Shown here piece after piece: positions 18,959 to 28,398 of a stretch of DNA of 64,000 bases. The notes beneath the pieces are model-generated. The model saw only the letters and a program-made list of their open reading frames with translations. It searched no databases and was not told the origin of the DNA. Made by a program: the position numbers and the translations under genes. This DNA comes from an uncultured Dehalococcoidia bacterium (lineage in GTDB: Bacteria; Chloroflexota; Dehalococcoidia; Lucifugimonadales; UBA1127), in the NCBI GenBank assembly GCA_913049785.1, contig CAJWXP010000001.1, positions 7,447-71,446 on the forward strand, read 5' to 3'. The number at the start of each line of letters is the position of its first letter. Positions within the stretch are counted from its first letter, which is position 1.

Positions 18959-19975
18959 CTAGATGACCGATGATTCATAAATCTGGTTTATCAACTCCCA
19001 AGTTTTGACGGCGTCTGCGAAGTTGCTGGATGGTTGCCGGGATTCTTTGATGCAGTCGATGAACTTCCGTGTTTGATGCCAGAAGCCCAGCCAGTGTTCC
19101 GGATCGCTGCCTGCCGACTCCCCAAACACCTTGGAATCGAAGACCTCCTGCTCTCCGCTGTCGGAGACGATGGTGCTCAGACGGTCGGCGTCCACAGTGG
19201 CGCTGATGTTCTTGCCGTGGATCTCAGCCCGGAAGTAGCCCGCCGCCGTGGCACCCGGCTGCAGCGATGCCCCGCCGGTGACCATGCTGTAGTGGAGTTG
19301 CCCGACGACGCCGTTGGAGAACTCCACCTGTGCCATGACGTTATTGGCCACAGGCCCGGGTATGTAGAGCGTATCGACGTGGCTCGTCACCCATTCGACT
19401 TCCCCACCGGCCAGCCATCGGAGGTTGTCCACTGCGTGCATCCCATCGCTGGTCAGTTGATCGAGCGCGCCGTTGCCCGTAATACGGTTGAAGTCGTTAG
19501 TGGATTTCAGGTTGGCGACCATCACCGAGTGGATGGGACCGCGCTCTTCGACTCGCGCTTTCAACGCCGTCATCGCGGGCACGAATCGACGCTGGAAGCC
19601 TACCATGCTCAAGACGTTGTTGACCTCAGCGTAGTGGGCCAGTACCTTGATCTGGTTCAGGTTCAGTCCCGGTGGCTTTTCGATGAAGACATGGCGTCCC
19701 TGGTTGAGCGCGTAACTTGCCGGCTCAAGTACATCTTTCGGGTTCGTGATGATGAAGACAGCCTGAGGATCCACCTCTTCAAGCATCTGTTTGTAGTCCT
19801 GGTAGGTCTTGGGCACGCCCCACTTCTTGGCAGTCTCGTCCGCCTTTTCAGAACTGAAATCGCACAGGGCAGCGAGCTCCACATCGGGCATGCTGGTCAC
19901 GGGCGAGTAGTGACGCCAGTTCGCCTGTTTCCCTGCGCCGATGAATGCGACGCGAAGTTTACCGTTATCCATCAT
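18959..19975 (-). CDS. Gfo/Idh/MocA family oxidoreductase
   Basis: RVAFIGAG, HVFIEKP, VGFQRRF, DGMHAVD. Confidence 0.9.
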   Translation of the reverse strand: MMDNGKLRVAFIGAGKQANWRHYSPVTSMPDVELAALCDFSSEKADETAKKWGVPKTYQDYKQMLEEVDPQAVFIITNPKDVLEPASYALNQGRHVFIEKPPGLNLNQIKVLAHYAEVNNVLSMVGFQRRFVPAMTALKARVEERGPIHSVMVANLKSTNDFNRITGNGALDQLTSDGMHAVDNLRWLAGGEVEWVTSHVDTLYIPGPVANNVMAQVEFSNGVVGQLHYSMVTGGASLQPGATAAGYFRAEIHGKNISATVDADRLSTIVSDSGEQEVFDSKVFGESAGSDPEHWLGFWHQTRKFIDCIKESRQPSSNFADAVKTWELINQIYESSVI

Positions 19976-20072
19976 GGTTGCCTTTCTGATTGGCAGATTA
20001 TCAGGGGCTGTGTTGACTTGGCGGAGTATAGGATTGGGGCGATAGAGGGTCAAGACGATAATGCTGGCAAGG

Positions 20073-20100
20073 TTGACACCTGATGACGCGAGAGTATCCT
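20073..20100 (+). promoter_or_regulatory. Sigma70-type promoter of the selenoprotein gene
   Basis: TTGACA-N16-TATCCT. Confidence 0.5.
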
Positions 20101-20149
20101 AAAACGGCATTAGTGACACACCAATTAAGCGTTGAACAGAGGAGAAAAC

Positions 20150-20824
20150 ATGGGCGAGTGGCTAGGTAGGGAATACAACTATTCGGATTGGAGACCTTCT
20201 CAGGATGAGTTCCAACTCCTGAAGGAAATCCATCACGCCGGGGACGTTGCTCCGGACTTCACATTGCCGTTGCTTGATGGCGGGGAGCTTAGCCTCTCTG
20301 ATCTGAAGGGCAAGCCGGTAGTCATAGAGTTCGGGTCCATTACCTGACCCCCCTGCCAAGGGGAGTTTCCCCTTATGGATCAGCTGGCCCGCGACTACGC
20401 CGACAAGGCGCACTTCGTGTTCATCTACGCTCGAGAGGCCCATCCGGACGACTTCCCGCAGTGGCCTGAGCACAAGACCATCGAACAGAAGTTTGAACAG
20501 GCCAAGATCATGAAGGAGCGCCATGGTACGCCACGCACCATCGTGATCGACGACGTGGAGGGTGGCGTCCATCGACAATGGAGCGGCATGCCCAACATGA
20601 GCTGGATCATCGACCACACCGGTCGCGTTTTCTTCAAGGCTGGCTGGACAGTAGCAGCTGACCTTCGCTCGAGCCTGGAGGATTTTTTCGAACTGCGAGA
20701 GAAGATGCGAGAAGGTTCCACGGGCCGGTACTACAAGGAATACATCACGGCCACACCACGGATGCGTGAGGGCACCGGACAGCCTCAGCGACAGCAAAAG
20801 GAAGCCGCTGGTTCTGGCGGCTAG
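20150..20824 (+). CDS. Deiodinase-like/thioredoxin-fold selenoprotein (Sec at TGA 20345-20347)
   Basis: Track ORFs 20132-20347 and 20375-20824 are in frame: APDFTL...VVIEFGSIT-U-PPC...FVFIYAREAHP...PNMSWIID; hairpin 20358-20374. Confidence 0.85.
20358..20374 (+). promoter_or_regulatory. Putative bacterial SECIS element
   Basis: AAGGGGA-GTT-TCCCCTT 7-bp stem beginning 10 nt after the UGA, apical-loop G 18 nt downstream. Confidence 0.65.
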
Positions 20825-20850
20825 CCAGGGCCGCAGGACTAAGAGATAGT

Positions 20851-20887
20851 AGAAGAGCCTTCCCATTATGGGAAGGCTCTTCTTTTT
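20851..20887. terminator. Bidirectional terminator
   Basis: AGAAGAGCCTTCCCA-TTA-TGGGAAGGCTCTTCT plus T-run. Confidence 0.85.
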
Positions 20888-20907
20888 GTGCTAACTGGAG
20901 AGACCGG

Positions 20908-21780
20908 TTACTTGAGGGCGTCAGCCACCGTCTTGAAGTGACGTATCGCGTCGATGTGCTGCTGGGGTGTTTCAAGTCCGGCACCCATCGTCGAGACATC
21001 AAGGTGGGTTGCGCCCAGGTCATGCCACGCAGCCACCGCCGTGGCCCAATCGTCCTCCGTGGCGTTTTTGATGTCGGTGCGGCCTTCAATGCCGATAGCA
21101 GAGGAATCGCGTCCAGCCTCTCCGGCCAGCGCGTACATCTCCTCGACTCGCTTCCGTCCATCGGCATCAGGCTTGATGGGTGCAATCCACCCGTCCGACT
21201 GTGTGGCGATACGGCGAAGCACAGCGTCCGCGTTCCCGCCCATCCAGATGGGGATGGGCCGCTGGACCGGCATCGGGTTGATCCCAGCTCCTATAACGCT
21301 CTCCCATTCGCCTTCAAAGGTGACCGATTCCTGGGTCCATAGCAGGCGAAGCAGTTCAACCTGCTCTGTGACTCTTTGGCCCCTGTTGTGGAAGTCCTTC
21401 CCCATCGCTTCGTATTCAAGCTGGTTCCAGCCAAGGCCGATGCCCATGCGGAGCCTGCCGTTGCTGAGCACGTCTACTTCGGCGGCCTGCTTGGCTACAA
21501 GCGCGGTCTGTCGCTGAGGGAGAATGACGATGCCCGTTGCAAGGGTGATGTCCTTGGTGACCCCAGCCAGGTACCCAAAGAGCACAAAGGGTTCATGGAA
21601 GGCGGAGTCTATAGTGTACATTCCCTTCCAGTCAGGCCTGTTGGTGATGTCAGCGCCAAGCACGTGTTCGTAGGCCAGAATCTGGTTGTACCCAAGCTCC
21701 TCTGCGGCCTGGGCGAACTCGCGTACCGCGCCAGGGTCTGAACCGATCTCTGTTTGGGGGAAAATCACGCCGAGCTTCAT
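20908..21780 (-). CDS. LLM-class F420-dependent oxidoreductase
   Basis: GVIFPQTEIG, YEHVLG, HEPFVLFGYLAG, ILPQRQTALVAKQAAEVDVLSNGRLRMGIGLGWN. Confidence 0.92.
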   Translation of the reverse strand: MKLGVIFPQTEIGSDPGAVREFAQAAEELGYNQILAYEHVLGADITNRPDWKGMYTIDSAFHEPFVLFGYLAGVTKDITLATGIVILPQRQTALVAKQAAEVDVLSNGRLRMGIGLGWNQLEYEAMGKDFHNRGQRVTEQVELLRLLWTQESVTFEGEWESVIGAGINPMPVQRPIPIWMGGNADAVLRRIATQSDGWIAPIKPDADGRKRVEEMYALAGEAGRDSSAIGIEGRTDIKNATEDDWATAVAAWHDLGATHLDVSTMGAGLETPQQHIDAIRHFKTVADALK

Positions 21781-21887
21781 GTATCTACTCCCTTTGGGCT
21801 AGATTGGTGCGAGTATGGGCAGGGATATGTCGTGTGTCAATGAGTTTGAGCGACGGCTATTTGTAGCAGTGCGCAGGCAAACCATGT

Positions 21888-21927
21888 AATAGAGAAGAGG
21901 CCCGAATCACCGGGCCTCTTCTCTATT
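21888..21927 (-). terminator. Terminator after MFS gene
   Basis: AATAGAGAAGAGGCCCG-AATCAC-CGGGCCTCTTCTCTATT. Confidence 0.75.
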
Positions 21928-21949
21928 CAAGTCGACTATAGCAGCAGGA

Positions 21950-23218
21950 CTATCGAGCGATCGGGTTCCTCACCCATTTGCCCGTGACTTCCGGCAGCGC
22001 CAGAGATGCCAGGGTCCCTACGGCGTAGAAGATGGCTGCGTAGATGAAGAAGACCTCAACGCCAAAGGAGAGTGTAAGGACCCCAAGGATGATGGGAGAA
22101 GCAGCACCGAACAGGGCATTCACGCCCCAGAGCAGGCCGATCATGCTGCCTTCCAGGTTCATGCCGTCCGCCATGTCCATTGAACCGGCCTGAGTGAGGG
22201 AGTTCACGGAGAACATGAAAATACCAGAGAGTGCTACCAGGAGGGCCAGCGTGATGCCGTTATCGAAGAAAACCATGAAGGACATGATCACTGTAGATGC
22301 GGCCATGATCAGGAGGATGACCGGGCCTCGCCCCATCTTGTCAGACAGACTGCCGAACAGTGGGCCACTGAAGATGGCTACTGCGGTCAGCAACGATATG
22401 TGTACACCGATACCTATCGGTCCCATATCCAGTTCTTGCCTCAAGTAGATAGGTAGGAACAGGATGAGGGCATTATCGGCGATGCCTCGCACGCCTCCGA
22501 CAAACAGCAAGGCAACGAAGCCTCGGATCTTGAAGAGTTTGCCTATTGCCCCCATTTGCTCGCGGAGGCTACGTTCTTCACCCTGAACCATCTGCCCCTT
22601 AACGCCGCCTACGTTCCTGAGGAAAATCAAGAGGGCAATGGACACCAGAGCAGCGAAGGGGAAAACACCCAGCAGTACCGCTTGCCATGCAAAGACTGCA
22701 ATGATGAGTCCGAAGGCAAGAGGGGCTATCGTCTCTCCTACGTTTCCTGCTGAGCGGTGGAGAGAGATGTAGAAGCCTCGTCGTTCGGGGAAACGCTGGG
22801 AAAGGATGCCCAACGCCGGGGGATGCCAGATGGAGCCTGCCGCAGCGGCGAAGCCTACTGCTACGAGTATGACGTAGTAACTGGGAGCTATTCCGACAAT
22901 GAGGTAACCGAAGCCCATCAACCCGATGCTGCCCGATAGGATATAGCCGCGTAGGTGCTGGAAGCGGTCTGTGAGGACTCCGCCACCCATGCTGGCCACG
23001 CCACTGCTGATGCGGCGGATGCCGTCAAGCATTCCTGCTGCAAGAGTGCCGAATCCCAGGGACTCCATCATGAAGGGAAGTACGACCACGAAGCCACGGG
23101 AGTAGACGTGCTGCATTGTATGAGCGCTGATGATCATGATGGCAACAAACATGTTGCTATCTCTGCGGCTTACCGGTCTTTCCTGAACTGTGCCGTGAGT
23201 GGCTTCTGCTTGGGCCAT
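21950..23218 (-). CDS. MFS transporter
   Basis: About 12 hydrophobic segments; GVLTDRF and GSLSDKMGR loop motifs; WHPPA. Confidence 0.9.
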   Translation of the reverse strand: MAQAEATHGTVQERPVSRRDSNMFVAIMIISAHTMQHVYSRGFVVVLPFMMESLGFGTLAAGMLDGIRRISSGVASMGGGVLTDRFQHLRGYILSGSIGLMGFGYLIVGIAPSYYVILVAVGFAAAAGSIWHPPALGILSQRFPERRGFYISLHRSAGNVGETIAPLAFGLIIAVFAWQAVLLGVFPFAALVSIALLIFLRNVGGVKGQMVQGEERSLREQMGAIGKLFKIRGFVALLFVGGVRGIADNALILFLPIYLRQELDMGPIGIGVHISLLTAVAIFSGPLFGSLSDKMGRGPVILLIMAASTVIMSFMVFFDNGITLALLVALSGIFMFSVNSLTQAGSMDMADGMNLEGSMIGLLWGVNALFGAASPIILGVLTLSFGVEVFFIYAAIFYAVGTLASLALPEVTGKWVRNPIAR

Positions 23219-23412
23219 AGGATCCTCCCCTGAAACTACGAGGTTGGGCGCTGCGTACCGGGGAGAAGGGCTCTGCCCGGTGCAATTGATATCTGTTGCA
23301 ATGTGCTGGGAGGGCCTAACGGCTACTTCAGCACATCCTGCGATTCTAAATCGGATAGTACCGATGACCCGTCAGGAGTGTCAAGCGTGCTCACCATTGC
23401 CGTCGTATGCGA

Positions 23413-24513
23413 CTATTCGATGTGGAAGATGCTGGCGGCGTTGTCCCAAAGCACCTTCTTCTTCTGCTCGTCGGTCAGGGCGGAATCCCCAACGAAATTA
23501 TCCAACTCATTGGGGAACGTCGATAGCAGGGGCCACGGGTACTGGCTTCCCCAGACCACTACGTTGTCCCCGACCTCCTCGAACACATCGGGCGTGCTGG
23601 TCTCCCACGGCGCACTGGCGGCGAATCCCTGCTGCTTGAACAGGTAGTCTGGTGGCAGGGTGGAGGGGCAATCGTTGCCGAAGGGTATCTCACCCCAGTG
23701 CTCTTCCAGTCGCTCTATCCAGAACGGGAGCCAGCCTGCACCGGCGCCAAGGAAGCCCACCTTCAAGCCTGGGAAACGCTCCAGGACGTTGTGGCCGAAG
23801 AAGGACATCATGGCTACCCAGAGTTCAAAGGTGTCAGACACAGCCTCGTGGGAGAACTTGTCGTCCGGATAGCGGTCTGTGCCAAGCTCCGGGAGGACGC
23901 TGCCAGTAGCCTCGCTGATGACGATGGGCACGCCCAGGTCAAGGGCTTCCTGGTAGAGGGGGTCGTAGTCGGTATCGTGAAGCAGCCGATGAACCACCGG
24001 ATTGGAGCGCATGAACGCGGCCACAAACCCCAACTCCTTCACCGCACGTCGCAGCTCTTTCACCGACTCCTCGACGCTCTGGAGAGGCAGGAGGGCTATC
24101 CCTTTGAGACGCTTCGTGTCGGCGTTGCAGTAGTCGGCCAGGTAGTTGTTGTACGCCCGGGCCATAGCCGCCGCCAGGGGTGCATCGATGTGGTCAGACC
24201 AGATGGCGTACAGGCCTGCGGTAGGCAGGAGGATGCCGACATCCACACCCTCTTTGTCCATGTCTGCCAGGTGCGATTGGCTGGAGAAGTCGGCGGCTGA
24301 TGCATCGTCGTAGACCTTCTGGTACGCGGGGTTGGCAAGGAAGTTGGTCTGATTCCGGGAAACCGGGCGACCTTTCACGGTCATCGCCACACGGCTGCTG
24401 TCCATCTTCACGGGTCGTTGGGTCTTGAAGGGCTCCTCAAGCCATGTGTCCCACAGGTCGACCGGCTCTATGACGTGGCGTGTCGTATCGATGACCTGGA
24501 ACTGACCCTTCAT
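23413..24513 (-). CDS. Amidohydrolase_2-family protein with apparently lost metal ligands
   Basis: Family signature (MDKEGVD, ARAYNNY, LERFPGLKVGFL, KKVLWDNA) but IDTTRH, PIVISE and WGSQYPW replace the usual IDxDxH, PxxxH and WxSDYPH. Confidence 0.8.
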   Translation of the reverse strand: MKGQFQVIDTTRHVIEPVDLWDTWLEEPFKTQRPVKMDSSRVAMTVKGRPVSRNQTNFLANPAYQKVYDDASAADFSSQSHLADMDKEGVDVGILLPTAGLYAIWSDHIDAPLAAAMARAYNNYLADYCNADTKRLKGIALLPLQSVEESVKELRRAVKELGFVAAFMRSNPVVHRLLHDTDYDPLYQEALDLGVPIVISEATGSVLPELGTDRYPDDKFSHEAVSDTFELWVAMMSFFGHNVLERFPGLKVGFLGAGAGWLPFWIERLEEHWGEIPFGNDCPSTLPPDYLFKQQGFAASAPWETSTPDVFEEVGDNVVVWGSQYPWPLLSTFPNELDNFVGDSALTDEQKKKVLWDNAASIFHIE

Positions 24514-24547
24514 GGTTCCTCCGCGATGCTATTTGTGATCAAAGGCT

Positions 24548-24742
24548 ATGCTAGCTGCGCCCTCAACCCCCGTCAACCAGGGCAGTGCCCTGGGCCCAGG
24601 CTCACCGATTGGCTGTTTCGTTTTGTTGCTGGCCGTGTAAAGTAAGAGGTAAAACTAAGGACACCTGCCTTTGGTAGCCGCAGGCACAGGGGGCCCAGGG
24701 TGAACCCTGGTGGTTGACCGTGAGGAAGGCCACAGATACCAT
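24548..24742. promoter_or_regulatory. Mirror-image divergent promoter pair with shared palindromic boxes
   Basis: Minus: TTGACG(24576-24571)-N17-TAGCAT; plus: TTGACC(24714-24719)-N17-TACCAT; each preceded by GGGCCCAGGG-N4/5-CCCTGG. Confidence 0.65.
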
Positions 24743-24774
24743 GTCGCCACTCCAAAATCCAAGGGAGATGCACT

Positions 24775-25716
24775 ATGAAACTCGTACGATTTACAGACAC
24801 GGCAGGAGCCACCGACAGCGCTGCCAAGCCCGGATTGGTGAAGGGTGACGCCGTGGTGGACATATCATCCGTTGTGGCAGGCCTCCCCGCGTCCACGCCC
24901 CAGATGCTGATGGAATCGATCATCGATAACTTTGGGTCGCTGCGACCTGAATTTGAGAAGCTACTGGAATCGGGTGCGTCTGCGCCCATCGCCAGCGTGA
25001 AGCTGCGCCCGCCGCTGCCCCGTCCAAGCAAGATACTCTGCTGCATCGGCAACTACTGGGAGCACATGCAGCGAGAGGCGGGCCCACTGAACATGTTCTT
25101 GAAGTCGCCGGACGCGGTCATCGGCGATGGCGACACGGTGGTGCTTCCCAACAACACCAGCCCGTACATGTTCCAGCATGAGGCCGAGCTTGCCATCGTG
25201 TTCAAGGGGCCGGCAAAGGACGTGAGCCAGGCCGACCACAAAAATGCCATCTTCGGCTACACTTGCATCATCGATGTGTCTGCCCGAGCTGAAGGACGCC
25301 GTACATGGCGTCAGGGAAGCTGGATGGGCAAGTCGTTCGACACGTTCGCGCCCATAGGCCCCTGCATCGTCACCGCTGACGAGATCGAAGACCCTAACTC
25401 TCTGTGGGTGAAGTTCTGGAACAACGGCGACCTTCGACACGACTACGTGACCGACGATATGGAGCACCGCGTACCAGAGTTGATCGAGTTCTCCACCAAC
25501 ATCATGACCATGAACTCCGGCGATCTCCTGAGCTGTGGGACCAACCATGAGGGGCTGGGGCCGTTGCAGGACGGCGAGACTGGTGAGATCGAGATTCAGG
25601 GTATTGGCCGGCTGACCATCCACGTGTCAGACCCGCTGAAGCGCTCATGGGATCGTGGCATCTTCATGGGAGAGGGCTCAACAAACCCGGAGGCGCGAGC
25701 GCAGCAAAATAAGTAA
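24775..25716 (+). CDS. Fumarylacetoacetate hydrolase family protein
   Basis: KILCCIGNY, FLKSP, HEAELA, IDVSAR, GKSFDTFAPIGP. Confidence 0.9.
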   Translation: MKLVRFTDTAGATDSAAKPGLVKGDAVVDISSVVAGLPASTPQMLMESIIDNFGSLRPEFEKLLESGASAPIASVKLRPPLPRPSKILCCIGNYWEHMQREAGPLNMFLKSPDAVIGDGDTVVLPNNTSPYMFQHEAELAIVFKGPAKDVSQADHKNAIFGYTCIIDVSARAEGRRTWRQGSWMGKSFDTFAPIGPCIVTADEIEDPNSLWVKFWNNGDLRHDYVTDDMEHRVPELIEFSTNIMTMNSGDLLSCGTNHEGLGPLQDGETGEIEIQGIGRLTIHVSDPLKRSWDRGIFMGEGSTNPEARAQQNK

Positions 25717-25748
25717 TTCGTTCCAAAGGTAGACCAGGGAGACAGCAA

Positions 25749-26756
25749 ATGGAGATTACCCATGAAGCTCTGCTGAAGATGTTCGAGACCATGGTGACCA
25801 TCCGGCAGTTCGAGTTAAGGGCGTTCGCAGAGGTCGGTCAGCGGAGCCTGCGCGGTGCCATCCACCTCTCCGTGGGGCAGGAGGCTGTGCCAACGGGCAT
25901 TTGCGCCCACCTGACTGATGACGATTATTTGGCTTCCACCCACCGGGGTCATGGCCACTGCATCGCCAAGGGAGTCGATGTCCAGGGCATGATGGCGGAG
26001 ATCCTTCAGAAATCCACAGGGACCAACAAGGGCAAGGGTGGCTCCATGCACATCGCCGATATTAGCAAGGGCATGTTGGGAGCTAACGGAGTCGTCGGCT
26101 CCAGCGTCCCGCTGGCGGTAGGAGCGGCGCTGGCTGCAAAACGCAGGAGCACAGACCAGGTGGCCATCGCGTTCTTTGGCGATGGCGCTGTGAACCAGGG
26201 TGTGGTCCACGAGAGCATGAACCTGGCCGCCATCTGGAAGCTGCCTGTCATCTTTGCCTGTGAGAATAACCATTATGCAGAGTCGACGCCGGTGGAGTAC
26301 GCCACACCCATTGCGAATATCGCAGAGCGGGCAAAGGGCTACAACATGCCCGGCGTGGTCGTCGATGGCATGGACGCCTTCGCGGTGTACGACGCTGCAG
26401 GGACCGCCATCGGTCGGGCGAGGGCAGGCTTAGGGCCGACGTTGCTTGAGTGCAAGACGTATCGCTATTACGGCCACGCGGCGTTCGACAACCCCAAGAG
26501 CTACCGATCTACTGAAGAGGAAGATGAGTGGAAGGCCCGGGATGCCATCATGAAGTTCCGGGAGCGTGTCCTAGAAGAAGGTACTTTGAGCCAGGCTGAG
26601 ATGGACGAGACGGAGGCCAAGGTCACGGAGCAGATGGACGAAGCAGTCCGATTCTCCGACGAATCGCCCGCGCCTGGCCTGAGCGAGCTGCTCACTGATG
26701 TGTACGTCGATGCTCCCAAGGGTTCGCTTGGTCGGAGTTCCCATCTGTTTACATAA
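25749..26756 (+). CDS. acoA: TPP-dependent dehydrogenase E1 alpha subunit (acetoin dehydrogenase-like)
   Basis: HLSVGQEA, STHRGHGH, GKGGSMH, FFGDGA...N, YRYYGH. Confidence 0.8.
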   Translation: MEITHEALLKMFETMVTIRQFELRAFAEVGQRSLRGAIHLSVGQEAVPTGICAHLTDDDYLASTHRGHGHCIAKGVDVQGMMAEILQKSTGTNKGKGGSMHIADISKGMLGANGVVGSSVPLAVGAALAAKRRSTDQVAIAFFGDGAVNQGVVHESMNLAAIWKLPVIFACENNHYAESTPVEYATPIANIAERAKGYNMPGVVVDGMDAFAVYDAAGTAIGRARAGLGPTLLECKTYRYYGHAAFDNPKSYRSTEEEDEWKARDAIMKFRERVLEEGTLSQAEMDETEAKVTEQMDEAVRFSDESPAPGLSELLTDVYVDAPKGSLGRSSHLFT

Positions 26757-26776
26757 ATGACGATTCGGAGTGTGTC

Positions 26777-27805
26777 ATGACATCGAAAACCACGCGTATG
26801 CTCTCCTACAGGGATGCCATCAACGAAGCGTTGCAGCAGGAGATGGAACGTAACCCGGACATCACCCTCATGGGAGAGGACATTGCTGGCGCGGCTGGCA
26901 GGGCAGATCAGGGGTTTGTCGACGCGTGGGGCGGGCCGTTCCGTACGACCCAGGGCCTGATCCAACAGTTCGGTGAAGAGCGTGTCAGGGACACCCCCAT
27001 TTCAGAGGCGGCGTTCATCGGCACAGCTATAGGTGCAGCCGCAGCGGGTGTTCGCACGGTGGCTGAGCTCATGTACTTCGATTTCATTGGCGTCTGTTTC
27101 GACCAACTCCTGAACAACGCGGCGAAGATGCACTACATGTATGGCGGCAACGTCACCCTGCCATTCACGCTGCTAACGCGCATAGGTGCGGGCGTGGGCT
27201 CTGCGGCGCAACACTCTGAGACGCTGTACTCGCTGATGGCCCACATCCCGGGCCTGAAGGGTGTTGTTCCGTCCGATGCTTACACGGCCAAGGGCTTGCT
27301 GACGGCGGCACTGAGGTCAAACGACCCGGTCATCTTCTTTGAGCACAAACTCCTCTACCACGAACAGTGCGAGGTGCCTGAAGAGTCGTACGAACTCCCC
27401 ATCGGCGATGCCAGGACAATGCGCGAGGGTACAGACATCACTCTAGTTGGCATCTCCAAGATGACCTCCGTGTGTCTAGAGGCAGCTGAGCTTTTGGCAG
27501 CAGAAGGCATAAATGCCGAAGTCGTCGACCTGCTCAGCGTGTTCCCCATCGACTATGACCACATCATCGCGTCGATCCAGAAGACGCACAGGATGGTGGT
27601 TGTCGACGAGGACACGCCTACGTGCAGCGTCGCAGCGGACATCGCGGCCACAGTGGGCGAAGAGGCATTCGACTCTCTGGACGCTCCAATCATGCGGGTG
27701 CAGGCGCCCCACACCCCGGTGCCCTACGCCAGAGACCTGGAGCTTGCCTACATCCCGGACGCCCAGCGAGTGGTGAAGACCGTGCGGGAGGTCTTTGGGA
27801 GCTAA
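26777..27805 (+). CDS. acoB: TPP-dependent dehydrogenase E1 beta subunit (acetoin dehydrogenase-like)
   Basis: MGEDIAG...DAWGG, RVRDTPISE, AAQHSE, DPVIFFEHK, LDAPI. Confidence 0.8.
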   Translation: MTSKTTRMLSYRDAINEALQQEMERNPDITLMGEDIAGAAGRADQGFVDAWGGPFRTTQGLIQQFGEERVRDTPISEAAFIGTAIGAAAAGVRTVAELMYFDFIGVCFDQLLNNAAKMHYMYGGNVTLPFTLLTRIGAGVGSAAQHSETLYSLMAHIPGLKGVVPSDAYTAKGLLTAALRSNDPVIFFEHKLLYHEQCEVPEESYELPIGDARTMREGTDITLVGISKMTSVCLEAAELLAAEGINAEVVDLLSVFPIDYDHIIASIQKTHRMVVVDEDTPTCSVAADIAATVGEEAFDSLDAPIMRVQAPHTPVPYARDLELAYIPDAQRVVKTVREVFGS

Positions 27806-27843
27806 CGAGGATCACAGAGGGCGATATTCGCCAGGAGGAACCG

Positions 27844-28266
27844 ATGGAGTTTACAGCCGCCAAAGCGTTTCTGGAGACCAACCACCGTGGGGTGGTGACT
27901 ACGACCCAGAAGAATGGCGCAGCCCACGATAGCATCGTGGTGTGTGGTCACTATAAGGACAAGATGCTCTTCGTGTCCGTCCTGGGCAACTCGCGCAAGG
28001 TACATAACCTCCGCCGAGACCCACGCTGCACGGTATTGGGCGTGTCTGACGATTGGGGCAAATACGTCGTCGTCGAAGGGCAAGCGCAGCTCATGGACTA
28101 CAGCAACATTGATCCAGAGGAATTCCGAGTGCTTCTCCGCGATGCGTTCCGTGCCTGTGGCGGGGGTGAACACTCGGACTGGGACGAATACGACCAGTCC
28201 ATGCGTAAACAGGATGCTGTGATGGTGTTGGTCTCCCCGGAAAACGTCTACGGCAGGATTCGCTAG
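27844..28266 (+). CDS. PPOX-class F420-dependent (split beta-barrel) protein
   Basis: AGGAGG RBS; RGVVTT, KVHNLRRDPRCTV, YVVVEG, HSDWDEYDQSM. Confidence 0.85.
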   Translation: MEFTAAKAFLETNHRGVVTTTQKNGAAHDSIVVCGHYKDKMLFVSVLGNSRKVHNLRRDPRCTVLGVSDDWGKYVVVEGQAQLMDYSNIDPEEFRVLLRDAFRACGGGEHSDWDEYDQSMRKQDAVMVLVSPENVYGRIR

Positions 28267-28398
28267 TCGTCACAACGTGCCTACATCTATTCACGTCAAC
28301 TACGTTGACTCATCCTCTGAACGCCCATAGGATGAATGTGCCCCTTGATCCCTTTGCATCTAACGTATGGGAGTTCCTACTGCATGGGTAACCATTCA

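Noticed and set aside
23219-23384. Possible riboswitch in the long MFS leader
   Set aside because: Two hairpins are visible but no recognisable aptamer consensus
24572-24718. 6S-like or other ncRNA formed by the long inverted repeat
   Set aside because: Better explained by mirror promoters with correctly spaced -35/-10 elements on both strands; not excluded without an Rfam scan
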